Assembly: GCA_024704765.1 (NCBI GenBank)
Contig: JAKMXF010000188.1
Coordinates: 615,015-679,014, forward strand
Direction: 5' to 3'
Origin: Oopsacas minuta
Lineage: Eukaryota > Animalia > Porifera
DNA: 64,000 nucleotides
This document shows positions 1 through 14,600 of the stretch, one piece after another. The first letter of the stretch is position 1. The number at the start of each line of letters is the position of its first letter. The translations under genes were made by a program, and so were the position numbers. The notes beneath the pieces are model-generated. The model worked only from the letters and a program-made list of their open reading frames with translations. It had not been told where the DNA came from and ran no database searches.

Positions 1-143
1 GGTGAGGGTGTACGCTCCATTGGAAAAATTTAGACGAAAAGCTGGCGCGTGCTCTGTTTTGAGACATGAAATGTAGAACGAAAGCCCCCTCCAAGAATTG
101 AGGAGCGTAACCTAACCAGCCATAATTCCATGCCCCTCACCCT
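1..143. repeat. Small palindromic MITE-like element truncated by the window edge
   Basis: GGTGAGGG (1-8) pairs with CCCTCACC near 135-142, and TACGCTCC (11-18) pairs with GGAGCGTA (about 102-109). Confidence 0.45.
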
Positions 144-626
144 AATATTGTGTTTACTAAATAGGTATATTTCTCAATCTAAAGTGACAATATACTACCC
201 GAATGGCAAAAAGTGATTTCGTATAAACTATAAAATTTCGGCTGTTTACTATTTACAAAAGTTAGAGTTTGTCTGATGAATGTAACAATTAAATAATTCG
301 TTAGTTAACTACTTATATAGTTAGTCAATCAACATAATACATTGAGCATATGTATAGCTGTAGTCGCTTTTCTTATATTGGAGGAATAAAAAATGCTTAT
401 AGCCAAAATTTACAGTAAGCTGTAGCTACTACGTATTTTAGTACGTAACCTCATCACTAGTCAAATTTGCTCAAATCATTATACAAGGCCGTCTATGATC
501 CTGTTATGTTATTAAACATAAGCAATGGATCATAATATGTTCATAAAGGCCGAACAGTTATATTTATTTTAGTCCCAGAATATCACCGAATATTTCCGAA
601 TCGCTGGATTTTATCTTACCAAAGCA

Positions 627-2740
627 GTTTGCAGAAATCCATCCCCCGTTGCAAAATCGGTCCGGGGGGATCGATTTCTGCAAATAACTCAATGCAGAAA
701 TCTATCCCCCCTTATATGTATTGTTTGTAAGTTTCAGGAGTGATTATATAATTGTTTTAGATTAATAAGCATGACTATCATTATACACTTAGCTGAAATA
801 CTTCCTTCCATTAACAACAATATATTTATTATGTAATATATGTTACTACGTAAACAGTCAAATTACGTACTTTCGCAGGCTAATTATAGCCTCAGAGAAA
901 GTCTAAGAGCAATACTTACAATTTTCGAAAAGTTTTATATTATTTCACATAAATGGATCTAAATGAGTATGTTGTTATTGAAGATTCCTTGAATCTGCGA
1001 AGGTATCCGCTCAATTCAACCAAAAATATCAAAAGAGGATTTTTAATTTTCTACTCTTTGGGGTAATAAAAAGTACAAATTATTCAATAAAAGTTCTACT
1101 CCCAGTGATACAACAACTATTAACTATTTCAAATGCTCCAAACCGTTCTGGAATGCAAATCCTGGATGTGGGAACTGAATCATTTTCGTCATTACAATCA
1201 CTAGAAGATATCTGCGTTGAATGAGGTGGGGAATACAGCGGAGTAAAGCTTGTCAACACTTGTCCCTTTGATAACATCATCACTATCCTAAGTATCCATC
1301 TGAAAACTATCTTGACTTCATTTGAGTTAGACTGCACTTCCGTTTCAGAAGATTTGGAAACGACTATGATTAAGGCTCGAAGTTTCAACCAATTAAGATG
1401 TTGGTTTGCACCTATACTAAATATCAAACTAGTTGATTCTCGTTACGATTTTATTGGGTACTAGAGATGTGTAACAAAACTATTGAAAGATCTACACTTG
1501 TGTTGTAATTTTTACCAAATTGAATTCCAGTGCTGGAGCTGTTCTTGTTGTTTTTCTGAAAGGAAAATTGACATATCTTCAATATACAACTTTACAAAAG
1601 GTTATCAGATGAGTATAGACACTCAAATCTCTTTAGCCTATCACTGCCTGAAATGTAGAGATGTTAGTGCAAACATTGAAGATATTTCTCATGTATTTAT
1701 AAGGATACCAACTGTCTTAATTGTTGAAGTTGGACACCTCAATGCGAAGCAACCTATCCAACCAATTCAAATCGATGATATTTTATCCCTAAAGCACAAA
1801 AACTACCGTCTATAATATAGTGTGATTGGCTACACTATCCATGCTAGACTACACTTTAACATGCGGATAACTTATGATGATATATGGTATAGTTATGATG
1901 GAATGGAACATCCTAAGATAGTTAAAACGAACAAATGTAGCGACATAACTTTAGGACTTATTTACTGTATCTTTTGTGTACTAACATCTATATACCCAAT
2001 TAGTTCTCAAATAGGTAGTTAACATCTGTATTATTGATGCTATTGTTTTTGTTCAAATATTTACCAGAACAGTTATTGACTCTTGATACGTAAGTTTTGA
2101 GGCAAATAAGCTAATATTAGTATACAATTACACAAAGATATACTAGTGATATGCAGTAGATACCGGTTATAAGGACATATTTTCATACACCGAGGGTGTT
2201 TTGTAAAGCGCTTTCCACTAGAGATTAATTTCTAATTTGATTAAAGTATACATTTATAAAAATACATAACTCTACCACAATTCTTCGTCTATTCTCCCGT
2301 TCGGATTAGCAAGGGTTATTATATATATATCTTAATAGCTTGAGAAACTTTTTGATTCAAAGTTTACTATTTTGAGTCAAAGTATCAAGTGAGAACCCAA
2401 ACATACATAAACTATAGCTGAACACAGATAAGATAACCTACGGGAAACAAAATTACTATGTATTATCCAAATACAACTATACTATCTATATACGTACAAT
2501 GTTTCTTGATTATCTATATCGTTATTATATTTATACTCATCACGTAATGCTAAGTGTATTATGATAGTCATGCTTATTAATCTAAAACAATTGTATAATC
2601 ACTCCTGAAACCTTACAAACAATACATGTAAGGAGGGATAGATTTCTGCATTGAGATATTTGCCGATATAAAACATTAACCTTATATTCAAGTCTGCTTA
2701 CCCCCTGATCGATTGTGTAGGGGATGGATCTCTGCAAAAC
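627..2740. mobile_element. Long-TIR DNA element (Mutator/foldback-like) enclosing a USP-like pseudogene
   Basis: Inverted arms 680-793 and 2549-2663 (about 115 bp, about 6 differences by eye). A subterminal motif GCAGAAATCNATCCCCC is repeated at both ends. True termini and TSD not resolved. Confidence 0.65.
1081..2022 (+). pseudogene. Degenerate ubiquitin-specific-protease-like (peptidase C19-like) cysteine protease
   Basis: One frame reads VE*GGEYSGVKLVNTCPFDN (Cys box, 1255-1263) ... DFIGY*R ... CWSC ... CLKC ... PTVLIVEV ... YRL*YSVIGYTIHARLHF ... WYSYDG (His and Asp boxes). In-frame stops at 1222, 1462 and 1813. Joins ORFs 1483-1815 and 1822-2022. Confidence 0.6.
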
Positions 2741-2980
2741 AAAGCCCTGTAATTTGCATTTGTTATAGAATTTGTCCTAAAGTAAAATTAAGTTATGGAA
2801 TTTATCCTACATGTAATCTCTCTATTTTGAAAACTTACATTTTATCTCCGCGAATAAGATACTCATCCTCATCAAGCGATCTGTACAATGTTTTACGAAA
2901 GCGATAGTGCACTTAACAATCACAAAGATTAAGATTCCGAAATTTCACTACTAGGGGTAAGCAGACTTGAATATAAGGTT
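2678..2980. mobile_element. MITE-like element with perfect 27-bp inverted repeats
   Basis: AACCTTATATTCAAGTCTGCTTACCCC (2678-2704) and its exact reverse complement (2954-2980). No clear TSD. Confidence 0.65.
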
Positions 2981-4444
2981 GTATACTCCTGATTTGCATC
3001 AGATTGTACTAGTAATCAAAACAATTTATATAGAATATTGAAATAAAGTAATCTTTCCAACCTTTACTATGCTGACTATAGTATATGTATTCTATTGATC
3101 TCAATGGAATGTTTGCTTTTAGTTCCGTATGCCCTCTATAGATAAACGTTTACTTGATTAAGAGCTAAAAATTGGTCAAAGGGTTCGTTGTGAACTCTAA
3201 ATTTGCACCTTGGTATACTACTTTTGATCTGACACAATATGCCACTTTGTGCCACTTTAATATTTTCACATTGAAATTATACTAGTTTATGTACTATTAA
3301 GTACAAGGAGCAAAATTGCAGTATGAGGTTGTCTACACTATAGGATGGTACTAAAATAAATTTAGCTTAGTATACATTGAGTTTATTATGAAACAATAAT
3401 TATAATTATCAACACATTAGACATAATTTGCGCGTCATTAATCACTTTAACTTGAAACGCAAAGAACTTTATAACGATAGCAGCTAGAGAAATACTTACA
3501 TTTGATGAAGTGTAGTAGATATTAGGAGGGACGCATTGGCCACCATAACCATGACGTCACCATAGTGGAGGTGATGATGACAAAGCAATTTTTCAAATTT
3601 TGAGATTTCAAAAATTGGACAAAACTTAAGTGTTTGCACATATTCACAAAAATATTATGCTAAGTAGTCATGACGTCACGGAATACTAAAATGTTAATAA
3701 CTCCTTTTGTAACAGATAGAATAATACTTATAATTAATGGAATGTAGTAGAGGTTGGGCAGCATACATTGGAGAATATAATAATGACGTCATAGTGCCCT
3801 GAGATCTAGCGGAGCCCCTACTTATACCCCTATACGACAATAATACATCTTTTGTGTGAATTGTGTCTATCATTAGCGGATTACGGGAGATCAATAAGTA
3901 CACAATATTGTTCTGTTTTCGGGGTACTCTAAATTTTCCCTTAAACGAATTTGAAAGTCGGTGAGATATTTCAAAAATTTGACCCTGGACCAACTTTAGC
4001 CGACCAAAAGTGGCCCCAGACTAGTTATAGCTGGCAAAAACTGGCCCAAGGGACCTATCTCAACTATAGGGAACATTTTTGGCGACCAAATTTGGTCAGC
4101 TAAATGAGGTCAGGGGGGACCATATAATTTTTGGTTGGCGTGACAATACCAAAACAAGCACAAATAATTAACAATTATCTTAATTATCTATCTGATAAGG
4201 ATCAGTTCGTTGGATTGTTTTTCATTTTGCCCCCACCCATCCCATGATTCTCCCCAATGCCTCTAATGGCTGTCATTAAATTAATAAGCATACTAAATTA
4301 TAATTAATATAAGTAAGGGCCGTGTATTTCATGTCAATAGACCTCCTATTAAGAGTACTAGATGCTCTGGGCATAGACTACTTGAATAAAGGACTGTAGG
4401 CTGCCAGACTCATCTTTAATTCCTTATCAAACTAAAATATTTAT

Positions 4445-4910
4445 AAAAATGTCCAGCCGACAGACTGGTAATGCAGCTCAGGGTTATTTGTTTTGTTCTT
4501 TTCAGGGAGGGCACGCCCCCTGACCTCCCATGTATATGCCGCAATGCACCAGAATCCGACTAATTTTAGGTAGACTCATATAAGTGTACCAATGTTCATG
4601 TGAATCGGACTGCTAGATTTCGTATTTTACATATTAACTGCCTATAAAAATAAAAATCCCAAATCACAGTCTATGCGGACTTAAATTTATCAAATTTTTT
4701 AGTGGAGTATTGAAACTATACATTATTTATCAAATATCTATTTTAGCAAAGAGAAAGATAAAATTGAATTTTACTAATCTTATTAGACATTTAATATTGT
4801 CTCGAATTCCACGTCACTGTTTACCCCTATTTAACAGGTGAAGCTGATCTTTAGGATAATTTTGAAATGTTCACCAAAATCGTGAAAATATGATTAATCA
4901 TATGATAAAT
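4445..4910 (+). repeat. Dispersed repeat family B copy (AAAAATGTCCAGCNGACAGACTGGTA end)
   Basis: Near-identical start to the copy at 18464. Shares the GAAAATATGATTAATCA subrepeat with the other copies. Confidence 0.7.
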
Positions 4911-5614
4911 CAAAGGATATATATTTAATAGAGTGTATTGACCAATAGAATTACAGTCTACATGAATACAAATACATTACAGTGTTAAAATTCGCATACG
5001 CCTAGATGAAATCCTGGACCAAGGTTTGATCCAAGTTGGCCAACTGCAAAAACGTTAATGCACACCAATGGTAAGCCACTGTATTTATGAAAGGGGGTAA
5101 GAATCGGACGCAACAGGTCAGCTTTATAGAACTTGACTGGGACGTTGAATGTTCCCATTTAGGTTAGACCGTTTGAGTGAACAGGATAAATATATTCCAT
5201 TAGCTTTGTATTATCTGAACCAATAGAATTAACTCTGAATTCAATAGAAATCCTTTAATCCTTGGCTCAGGAAATAATTGGGTATATAGGCATTATATCA
5301 CTTAGGTAACAGTTAGATATATATTTAAAGGAATATTAGAATTACATAATAATCACCTTAGCACGAACACATATTATGAGAATATTGTTAAAGTTTGACG
5401 CCATTTACACCAAGTCATTGATGCAATATGTTTAGTTGTGTTGTGTTGTGTTGTATTTTGTTTCGTAATGGTTCATGTTGAATTTCTGCTTGCTAGGTGC
5501 TGTTGTTCTACCGCCTAATATAATGATAATACTCTATTTTTAGTTTCCGTAACCTAATTTAGCTCAGTAGATTGTACACATAACTACATAATAAGGAAAG
5601 GCGCAATAAAATCA

Positions 5615-8600
5615 ATGGTCCTACAGCAGATTCTAATTCTGCTTCTGGTATTCAGTCCCACTCTAACCGTCAGCACAGATATTGCTACTCCATTCTGTGT
5701 AGGTTCGCAGTATGAATACTCATATTCTTCTGAGGTAAGCATAAACAGACTATAGATTTCATTGCTATGTAATTATCACACTTTTTACCAAACGTCTCGT
5801 ACGAAAATAAATTGAAATCCAAGATAACAAATGTGTTAAATAGTCTGAATACATATTCAATTACATCCTCATACCTGGAAATTCTTTATTTTAAACCGGC
5901 TAGGTTGGATAAAGTGTGAACAACAGTTGATAATGTACTGTTAATAACATAGTATTAATTGACAGATTGTCATTTACAGATAACGTTGAATCAAGTGGAT
6001 AAATTCAACTTCAATGCAAAAGCTTTCCTCTTCGCATATGGAATGAGTCAGTGTGAAGAGACAGAAGGAGTTCTGATGAGAGTAGATCTATTTGGAGTTC
6101 TTAACTGCACAGCTGTACAAGTTATACTAACTGATGCTAAATTAGTTAGTGTAGAGGCTAAACAACATGGTCATGATATAATTGAACATCAAATGAACTT
6201 AACTCAATGGTTTTCTTTTTATCAGAGACAAGATGGACTTATCAGGTTTGTAATATTAACTGACATTATAATTACATAAATTAGAATAGTTAGTTCTAAA
6301 TTGAGTTTCTATAGCAAGGTACGCTATCCAGAAGAAGAAGAGAGAGCAGTATTGCAGCTTAAGAAAGCAGTGACAAGCTCTTTCTCTCTCAGATTGCATG
6401 AATATGTTAGGAAAAAGGGAACTGACAAATATGGAGGATGGGCATACCGTGTACCTGACTTGGATCACTCAGGGACTCACTCTGCTAGGTAAGTAACCCT
6501 ACAATACTCGTATACGTGTACGACTGTACGTATATTCGAAATGAAAAGCAAGAGCATAGAGAGACAGAGGTAGTGAACCCTCAAGATCACTGAATCATGT
6601 CCATTATGCATATAGTGACTTCTCAAAGCAATCGAATAAATAGTAACTCACTATATTAGCTATATTTTATTGGGTAAATTCTACTGAAACTGTTCATAAC
6701 TATAATCTATCATCTTTCAACTAAATTATCATTAAATGTCCTAATTTCAACTCTCTACACCAAATTAGAGCTGGATCAAAGTGATATTAGTCCCAGTACG
6801 CTTAATAAATCATTATTCACTTATTCATCAATTGCTTTTATACTAGTGAGGCGGATATGTCGACTAAATTACTTTTAACATACGTATTAGTACGTTTTTT
6901 AGTATTTATTATGATGAATGATGAATATAATACAATGGAACTCGTTATTAGCAACTCGTATTTTGCATGAATTTCTGTTGCTAATAGGGTAACATAATCA
7001 ATACAAAATCTATACTTGGAACCTGAAAGTAGGTTGCTAATATGCGAATATAGTCGAAATCCGAGTTTTCTTACTATGTTTTTATGCTCAGAGGTCAAGA
7101 ATGTGGTATTTACATACATTTTCTATCGGTTTATTCTTACTACTGTTTTTTTTACCTAATTTTCCTGCAAAATAGTAAGAAAAACGGTTTCGACTGTATT
7201 GCAATTAACCGAGTTGCTAATAAGCAAACTCTATTGTAGATGGATTTCATTCGGTTGTCTAGTCGAGATGAAATACTTCCTTAAATCTCTTCTTTAAGTG
7301 ATAAACTATGACAATAAATTTCACTGCCGCCAATGAAGATTTTGCCTGTAGTATGAAAATTCAATAAAGAATATTCTAAATGTACAAAATTGAACTGATC
7401 CGGAAATATTAGATACATTGTACAGGACTCCAAGCCTAGAATAATTTTATGCACATAAAGCCCTAGATCTTATCTTGCGATATAAATATTTATATACAAT
7501 TCGTTTCCATTGGAATACTGTGCAGTTGTTAGTTCTTATAGATATATTCTTGCTGTTCACTTTTTACTAAAATGGGGGCGTCTAAAGTAGATATAGCTTA
7601 GGGCCAGGGCCACAGTATGAGTCTAACCTAGACAAATACAATTATCCCTAGAGAATAGGTATAATTTCTAAGTTACATGAAAGAATTGAGAAAATATAAG
7701 ATTTAGAAATAGGTCTATCATAATTGAAGAGCATAATTGTTAGAGATAATTAGCTGGTACAGTATTGCATTTATTAATTAAAACATTATCGGTCTTAATT
7801 ATATAGTGTTAGATTATTACGCTAATACAATGCTACAGTAATGTCTAATTCTTATCATAACTATTAGAGAAGTACCATATTTTTCACCTTTTCACTGCAT
7901 CTTTATACTGAGTACTAAGTCGATATTAACATGTAATCACTATATTGAATATCAAGATTAACAATATCAAGCAGACAATAATTGAGTAACAACATACCTA
8001 TTCCTTTTGTAGTCATTTCATATGGATCCAACAGACTTACCCACATGACCACTGAATTAATTAAATTTTAAACAGAATGAGAAACCATTGAACTCAAATT
8101 GTTCCTTGTAAGTGAATAATATAAAGATATAATAAATATTGATTAAGTTATGTAAAGTAATATTCAGTGTAACTTCGATTAATCTGACTGGTTGGGACCT
8201 GTCAAAGCGTCCGGATAATCAAGGTCGTTTATACACAGTAAAATAGGACTTGGGGGTCAGGGGGCATGTCCGGATAATCAAGGTTGCACTGTAATTGTTT
8301 CTCATCTCCGCCAATCCCAAATTTTATTCCACGTCAGAAAAAACAAATATTTTATAAGCTGTATATAGCTATCGCAACTAGTGGCGTAGCCAGCCTTGGT
8401 ATAGTGCTGACGCAGAGGTAGCGCAAATACAGTACTTGCCACTGAGATCAACTATATTATAGTAAAGTTTTCTTAATTAGCTTTTCTATCTTGGAGGGAA
8501 GGTCTTATTGGATTAATTAAAACTCACTTAAATTTCTAATGAGGGTAGTGCAGTAACTACCCCCCGCGAGACTGCTATCGGGGGATGGGCAAGGTGTTTT

Positions 8601-11600
8601 CACCGGTTTAACAGGAGCATGCTCAGTGGTGGATCTATAAATTTTAGTTGGGTATAACGATCCAACTTGGAAATGGCGTCGTGTGGCTTTGATACCTGGG
8701 GAGAAAATATCCAGGGAAACAGATACAAAGGTTTGGTAAGTATGAGTATGTCATGTTTTAAACGTTTGCCTCTTTTATGAGAAACATTTTTAGTGTGTTA
8801 AATCTAAACTATGAAATCTCCAGAGAACCCCTGAAAGGTTAAAATTATGGAAAAATAAGAACTAGGGCATAGAATAGATTCAATAATGCTTAATTGTTGT
8901 TTTATGATCCTGAAACACAATAGCCCTGCTCCAAATAAATCCCTGAACTCATAGCAGGTATGGTATCTATTTATAATAGAGTAATTGACCATTGACTGAG
9001 GGTAGAATATCGCCCTCCTACATTTCTGGGCATATGCGATTATCCTACGCCTGTGTTCTAGAGTAATCTAAATTTAGTAAAAATTATACTTGTAGATATG
9101 ACGTAAAAGAAGACAGTAAGATGGTTACCTACAGCAAGATACATAATGATTTTGAGAATGATCACACTCGCAGAAAAGACATACATATCATGAAAGAAAC
9201 TGGTATATACATAATCGTATTTCTTGCATAGTTGTCAACTTTGTAAAAATCTATCTGAGATTCGTTTAAGATGAATTGGATTTAACTAGCTATTGTAACG
9301 AAATAAATAGTTAGTAGGATATCTTCCCACCATAATGGCATAATATTGTTCATTTAGTTATGAATCATTGTAAAAATTTCATTACATAATTATCCCTAGA
9401 ATAATTTTAGTGAGAAGGTTAATTTGAAAGTGAGATTATGTTTAAATACTTGAGTCTCACTTTGGATCTGTGAGACAACTATGTTTTGACAAATTTCTCG
9501 TTGTATATTTATGTAGATATCTTCTTGGTCAAAATATATATTAGATAACTGAATTTGGAATAGGTCCCAGCGCCCCTCAATAAACCAAGGGTCCCGATGA
9601 CATGATTTTGACCAAATACAAACTGATTATATTATTATTATTATTAGTCCCGCAGAACTTGAGCTAGGGTATGCATTGTAGTCCATAGTTTATTTTACGA
9701 TAGTCCGACCCGTATTGAACCCATTTCCACTTGATAGCCCTTTGTAAGAAATGGGCATTTCACAATAATGTGTCACATTTGGATGCATTTCAAGTTATTA
9801 AATGCATATAACTCCCTCAGTTTAAACCGAAATGAATTCTTATGTCTATATTCGTAATCAGCCAAAGATTTCACGATTGAGTGGTCTCGAATATGTTTGG
9901 GAATAATTTCCCAAACAACGCAGGAATCTATCAAAATTGCATTTTCAAAATTTGTCCAAACTCTATCGAGTGACCCCTTGTTTGACTCATGTAGGCTAAT
10001 TGAGTCTACTCATATACATATCGACCCTCCAAATGAGCTTTAAACATCATTTTATTAGACCAACCTCCGCGATCACTCAATTCTACTTTGGTCGAACCAT
10101 ATTGGAGCAATAATTACAGTAGAACGTCAGTTATCTAAACATGATGTGACTGAAGGGGGTTCGGATAATTGATATTCTATTACATTATATGCAAGATGTG
10201 ACTAGATGACTTACAATGTAAATATTACTAGTTCACTTCGCTTGGTCGCGCTGCGCATGGGGCTCGGCACTTCGTGTCTCGCATTGAACAAAGTATAAAA
10301 GTAGCAACATAATCACAATACGTGGGTGATAAATTCATATTTGTAATCAGCATTACCCTATTATAACGGTTGTAAGCAAGTTTCTAGGATTAATTAAAAA
10401 ATTGTTTACTTTATACACCTAAAAAACAACAAACATTCACAATACGTAGTTGAAAATATCATATTCAGATTCAGTGTACTTGATAACCCCTATGTATCTG
10501 TTGAGAGCAAGTCTCTAAGTATATTTCGAGATTCAACTTTTTGTTTACTCTACGTATAATCATAAAAACAACAATAAATATTAACTTGAAAATGCGAAAT
10601 TCGGAATCAACATGTTCGATTATCCTAATGTATTGTTTACTTTTCCTATATCGTTAACAGAAGGATATGTTATTCCCTATAAAATATATACGCAGATCTT
10701 CTTCCCTTATCACTATAATACAAAGTGGACAAACACACAACCCCACAATAATTGAGTTTTAATAATATCGATTGGTCTTTTCACCAGGTCACATCAATTC
10801 AATTCAAGTATTGGATAAAGCTGATATAACGAATTCAGCTCAGAAATATCGCTCCAAAGAAGATCCTCCTCCTATAAAAGCTTCTGGAATCGCACACATT
10901 AATCTGATAACTAAAACTAGCTTCGACCCTGCTTCTATCACTGAGCCATCTGGTCTAATTCTAGACAGTATCATAGCTCAGAGAGTGATCAAGGATCCTT
11001 TATCTTACAGCAAAGCTAGTTCAAAGGTATAACTTAATACAATGATGTAGTATATTATCGTCTATGTTATAAACAAATTTACTCTCCAAGTGCCATACTA
11101 AGAGTTCCTAATTCACCACAACACAATTTGCTATGAAACGCACAGTACACATTTGCACATCATTATTCGAAACCAACAAATTCGTCAATGTTTGTTAAAA
11201 TATCAACAAATTTGACATATTTCTATTTTCATTCAGGTTTATTCAAAGCTCTCTCTGACAGAGAACTGCTACCCTAATATCAAAGATACAGATTGTGTTA
11301 AGACAATTAGAGAGATTGTTAACATAATAGAGTTGATGAGAGATGAAGATATTGAGCGGTTAGCAACTAGGTTTCTGTCTTGTCCTCTAACGAGCAGACT
11401 GGAATATGTGTTTGCTATAATTGATGCATTCGGTATGTGTAGCAGGGCCTCCTGTCATGTCGCTCTTGTTACATTCCTTAATACCAGCTGTATCGAGAGA
11501 GAGATGGCAATCAGTATACTACCACACCTCGCTACTTTTAAATTACCATCTCTATTTGCTATTGATATTCTGGACCAGTTAGCATTCCATCCCACCCATT

Positions 11601-14600
11601 TTCCAATACAACTACATAACCACACACTCTCTAACATGGCTGTTCTAGCTCTAGGCTCAATGAGTGCTACTCTGAAAGAATCTGATCCTCTGCTCTCTAA
11701 TAAGATAATAAATAAGTTACACAGAATGACACTACCACATGACCATGACAGGTTAGATGTTATCATTTGCATATATGAATATAAACATTCGTTAATAATA
11801 ACAATTGCCCCCACCCCCTTTGTAGGAATAGTATCCAAAAATTCTTTGGAATTCTGTGGTTTTTGCTTATAATGGTTTTACATTATACAGTGAAACCCTG
11901 CTAACGCCCACCCTGAAATAGCAGCCATAAATTCGGTCCCAAGGTGACCATAATTCTGAGCTTCCACTGTCGTATATTCTTATACACTATTGCTATTCTA
12001 ATGTGCTACTAAGTATACAATTGACTTCGCTTAATCGGGGAGACCGGTTAATGAATTGGGTACTCTGATTAAAAGCGACCAAAATCTTGAATACATTAGT
12101 CACTTTTATGCGGAGTCAACAATACCCTGCCTGAATAAATGTATTCAGCCACTGGTAAAATTCCCATACAAATACGTAGTACTAATCTCGTCTATCCTTG
12201 AGGGGCAATACAGTAAAACTGTAAGATATAGAGAATATCAATGTCAATCCGATTGTTCAAGTTTTCAAACAAACAACCATGGCTATGGACCACATTTGGA
12301 TTGGTAATTTGCCAACCGGACTAACTTCATTGGCTGATAATTATCTAGGTTAAAAGTCAGCTGACAAATTGAAAACTGCTTACCGTCTGTATCTAAGTTA
12401 AATTAACTAAATTGAGAGTTCACATTGGTTGTTAGCGGTTTGAATTATCTGTTACTGCAATATTTCGGTTTTAAGCTCAAATAACTGCAAAGCTAAACAA
12501 TTAATTGCTTAGAAAATTGTAGCTGTTAATAGCATTTTCACCATCCCCGTATATTAGAGCTAAATTTGTTATTGCAGACGTGATAAAATAGCACTGTTGT
12601 ATGAAATTCATAGTACCATGAGATTTCCCTACCTTAGGGAGCATTAGGAATGTATTTGTTGCAGGCCAAATACGTTTGGCCTAGCTGAAGCATTCTCTAA
12701 TTCTCATGGGTGACTATTTATATACGTATATTTGGGGCTAATTAATCAACAAATGACTTTTCCTTTTAATGTGGGCTTCTCTATCTACCGAACGAAAAGA
12801 AGGAGATTGGCTTGATGAATGTTTAACATACTGTATTACCATCTTGTAAGCCTTGAAAATTTCAAATTTTTAGAGTTCTTGAAATACATTTCAACTTTGT
12901 TATGAATGTCTACATTTCCGTATTCCAATAATATCTATTGTCATTTGCCAAATTGCAGCTTGCATCTCTGGGCTATATTAGGTGATACATTTATTTCTGC
13001 AAAAGGGAGGTAGCCATGGTAACATGACTAATATCCAATTCGGCTGACATTTGAACATAAGGGTTGACTCCCCTGACCGTCGACATTTAATGATCATTCG
13101 ATTAATAGAATTCATTAATTACAGATACAGAAGAGAGAATTCTGTCGACTCTGAAAACAAGCTCTCGAGTAAGAGTACTGGCCTGAGGAGACAATCTAGC
13201 TTGATAGACTCATTGGGTAATGCAGCTAATGAAAATAGTTTCAACTTCCTAAAGAGTTATATAGAGTCAGAACACGCTCCATCTATTCTACGGAGATCTG
13301 CGATTCACTCAATGAGGCAATATGACACCGATGAGGTTCGAACAAATTGATGTATAAATTGTATTCATAAATGAGGTCATTTCCACCAAATGTTATATGT
13401 GGTATGGTTGAATCCTTACTACAATGCTTCCATTGAGTTGTCTTTTTTTCAATACTAATGGATATTATTCATCGATATATTAGTACTAGGGATTACAATC
13501 CTGGGATTTCGGGATTGATATTTGGGATTCAGAATATTTCCAATCCCTGGATTTTCGGGATTGTATCTAGCGAACAAATTTTGTAAATGTCAATTAGGAA
13601 AATTTGGAGAAGGAAGATACATATCTAATTTGAAACTTGGCAAACACAAACATAATATTCTGAATTTATGATGTAGTAATATGAATTTAAATAACTACTT
13701 TTTATTGTTCCTAATTAAGCAAAGGGTATTTAATGTTGTGTCGCTTAGTATCGTAACATTTGATTATTGGAGAAAACCTATTTATAGCTTAGTGATACAA
13801 GTACTTGTAATCGTCCTATATTCTTGTTGTTATTTAACACTCACTACTGTAAGTTACCATTGTAAATTGGTTATCGTTTTTCAAGCACGGACAGAGACAT
13901 CATAATAGGCCACAGGGTAAACTGACCGTGCTGCTATAAAACTATTGGTCTCTACAATTTTTTGGTAGAGCAAAATTGATCCTATTATTTTGCCAAATTA
14001 GGTACGAAAAAGATTTACCTTAAATAGAGCTAATTCATAAAATAAAATTCTCAACAACCCGAAAATGTGCAAAGAGATAGTGGTACAACATGTAGAGTGC
14101 GGCTATATTAACTCTGATCCAACTGTAATACTCGTGTGATATTATTATTTATCACAGGCAAGGACGTCGCCAGGATTTTTCAGCTAGGGGGGGCACGAAG
14201 TTTTCCAAGGGGCATGACAATGGGCAAGGTGTTTCACGAGTTTAGCAGGAGCATGCCCAGTGGCGGATCAATAAATTGCGTCGTGTGGCTTTGATATATG
14301 GGGGGCACAAATTTAATCTGGTTGTCAACAAGTTCTAGATGTTTCCTACCAGATTGAATTTGTGCACCCCAGATTTCAAAGCCTTTGGGCGCTGTAAACA
14401 ATCAGTAAGGTCCAAGAGCCAAACAATTGAAAGAGATAACGTTTGGTCTGCAATTGCCCCAGAAAGTTTTTTTTCTGGTCGAGTAATGTGCATCTCGGAG
14501 AATATTTAGGGGGCCCCAGTCACATATCACGACGCTACTGCAGCTGGGGGTCTGATGTGATGTAGGTCTTCCAGTCGTGACGGGGCGTAGCCCTTGGACA

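Noticed and set aside
1080-1427. 115-aa minus-strand ORF
   Set aside because: It is the antisense shadow of the USP-like frame on the + strand.
3430-3790. Cluster of TGACGTCA (CRE-like) sites about 2 kb upstream of the giant gene
   Set aside because: The same motif occurs in repeat-like and intronic DNA elsewhere (60217, 60881), so it is likely TE-derived. No evidence of regulation.
11455-11838. 127-aa minus-strand ORF and similar short antisense ORFs over exons 8 and 15, INTS5, NHL and ALIX
   Set aside because: Antisense or alternate-frame shadows of real coding exons, with no motifs.
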